From NCBI RefSeq assembly GCF_000497125.1, contig NC_090597.1:507797-571796 (forward strand): 64,000 nt of DNA, read 5' to 3'. Numbering within the stretch: the first letter of the stretch is position 1; the number at the start of each line of letters is the position of its first letter. The DNA is from Spironucleus salmonicida (Eukaryota). The notes below the pieces were generated by a model. The model searched no databases and was not told the DNA's origin. It was given only the letters and a program-made list of their open reading frames with translations. This document shows, in pieces, positions 62,171 through 64,000 of this stretch. The position numbers and the translations under genes are program-made.

Positions 62171-62933
62171 TTTCCTTTTCTGATACCAGTGTATATATAT
62201 GATTTGGGCACTAATCAAAATGGGAAATAAACTACGGACAGCCGCGTAACAATATGGTAAGGCAGACATCTGAAATCAGTGTGATATTAGGAATATTTAT
62301 TTATATAGAGTTTGCATTACAGAAATTTATAATACAGATTAGTCAATGATATGTTCTAAAGCTGGGAGCCAGTCGTTCTATGAACGCGTTATATGGTGAA
62401 TTTAGTGGATTATTCAAATACCTGAACTCAATATAGTCTATGCCTACAAATGTAGAGTAGTAGGTACGTTCATTCATCTTATGTTATTGAAATTAGTTTC
62501 TTTTAATAAATAATCCTATATTATATATTATATTATGTCTCAAAAATATATATAGGGTAATATAATTAATGATTTTGAAAATATACCCGCATTTCTGGTA
62601 AATGATCATTTCAAGATATAGTAATACCCAATTGGCGGTACGCTACTATCTTTAAATTGATTTTCTGCTGTCACTGATTCTGCCAGTATAAAGTTTGAAA
62701 TACTGAAAAGATACAATATGATTTTTACAGTCTATAAATTATAGCTTTTAGCATATATCCTAGCGATTACTATAAATATTTCTATCTCATTGTATTAATT
62801 TATATTAATTTCACATTCAAACATTAATATATAAGGAATTAAAAAAAATAATACAACTAAGTATAGATTTAAAAATCAACTAAACATCTAAGCCATCATA
62901 TAATGTACTATTTTACTTCTCCCACTCCATCAA

Positions 62934-64000
62934 ATGGATAAGGATAAAACTGAAGCTAAACCTAAAGTAGTCCATGAACATATTCTAACGCGAATTGCTT
63001 TCATAATAATCGGAACAATGAATAATTTTGGTTATGTGGTTGGTATTTCAGCTGCATTAGACCTAGTAGGAAAATCGTTTCCTAAGGGAATCTTATTATT
63101 TTGCGATATATTCCCTGCATTCTTCATTTCGTGCATCTATCCTATGATACATTAGTATTTAAATATTAAGTATATTGCCCCCATACTGTCTATTATCGGT
63201 AGCATAGGATATATTCTAGCAGGGTTATCAACTACATTTGGAACGTGGGCGGGCCTAGTGGGAGTCATATTCTTCTCAATTTAGTCATCTGGCGAAGGAC
63301 CTTTCCTAGCATACTCAGGTAGCTTCCTACCTGACTGCTCGGCCATGTACTGTGTGGGAACTGGCCTAGCTGGTCTTTTGGGATCGGGATTTTATGCGTT
63401 GCTCACTTCCGTGCTGCATATCAGGTTCGAGATAATTCTGTACTCGTTTGCTTTCCTACCATTGGTTCTAAACCTTGCACTTTGGATGACTACTCTCAAA
63501 CCCTGCATAAAGGCGCAGCTGGACAATGAGGAGGTTGAATCAGGCGCTGTTACTAACAATACATCAATATCCTCTGCGGTCGCGCTGGATGATAACACTG
63601 CTGAGGTAGAGGCTCTAGAAGACCATTCCGTAAAATCGAAGCTTCAAACGGTGGCCCGAAACTGGATGGCATATCTCTCGCTGCTGCTCATTTTCATTTG
63701 CCAGTACTCGATAACGGCCGGAATCAACCCCACAATGATCTTCCACGGGGACGAGAAGATCTACTACAAGTTCGCCGCGTTCTTCCTGCAAGGGGGCGTG
63801 CTGATCGCCCGCTCCACTACCACGCTCTTCTCGGTGCCCTACTGGACCCTCCCGCTGTTCTCGCTCTCGGGGTGGGGGCTGTTTGTGCTGTTCGCGCTCC
63901 AATCGGTATACCGCTTTATCTACTCCATATGGGTGATGCTCATTTTCGTCCCTTTCATCGGGATTTGCTCTGGCTTCTGCTACTCAAACACGATTTGGTG
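62934..64000 (+). CDS. CLN3: CLN3/battenin family protein, copy 2 (3' end beyond window)
   Basis: Mirror of 58153-59373; near-identical sequence. Confidence 0.9.

Larger units (their letters stand above)
52868..62246. repeat. ~1.97-kb inverted repeat A (52868-54838 / 60276-62246) carrying the MATE-like gene and its 3' flank
   Basis: Mirror coordinates sum to 115114; proteins differ at only a few residues (S/A, K/N, G/S). Confidence 0.95.
58307..64000. repeat. Inverted repeat B (at least 58307-59947 / 62360-64000, runs off the window) carrying CLN3 and ~570 bp of upstream DNA
   Basis: Mirror coordinates sum to 122307; non-coding upstream DNA appears identical in both arms; the 2.4-kb spacer holds arm 2 of repeat A. 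Confidence 0.95.

Overview
Eukaryotic, intron-free DNA from a hexamitine diplomonad (Spironucleus-like, inferred). TAA/TAG encode Gln and TGA is the only stop, shown directly by paralog pairs that swap TAG/TAA with CAG/CAA. The standard-code ORF track therefore fragments or misses most genes, and I re-translated them by hand with table 6. The window holds about 26 protein genes and 2 tRNA-Ala genes. These include duplicated GNA1, sugar-porter, ENT, acyltransferase-3-like, MATE-like and CLN3 genes, two cysteine-rich membrane proteins, a Kelch protein, a PTP, two Myb proteins, proteasome alpha-1 and ribosomal P2. Standouts: (1) a hidden ~2170-aa protein with P-loop NTPase motifs, possible restriction-endonuclease-fold motifs and a tandem-repeat coiled coil, resembling Crinkler/RHS-type effectors; (2) three small Cys/Ser hexapeptide-repeat (beta-solenoid-like) genes boxed between two identical inverted GNA1 copies; (3) a 5.7-kb GC-rich 37/19-bp satellite with higher-order repeats (centromere candidate); (4) interleaved inverted duplications whose homogenised tracts are sharply GC-rich. 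All function calls come from motif recognition only; no searches were run.
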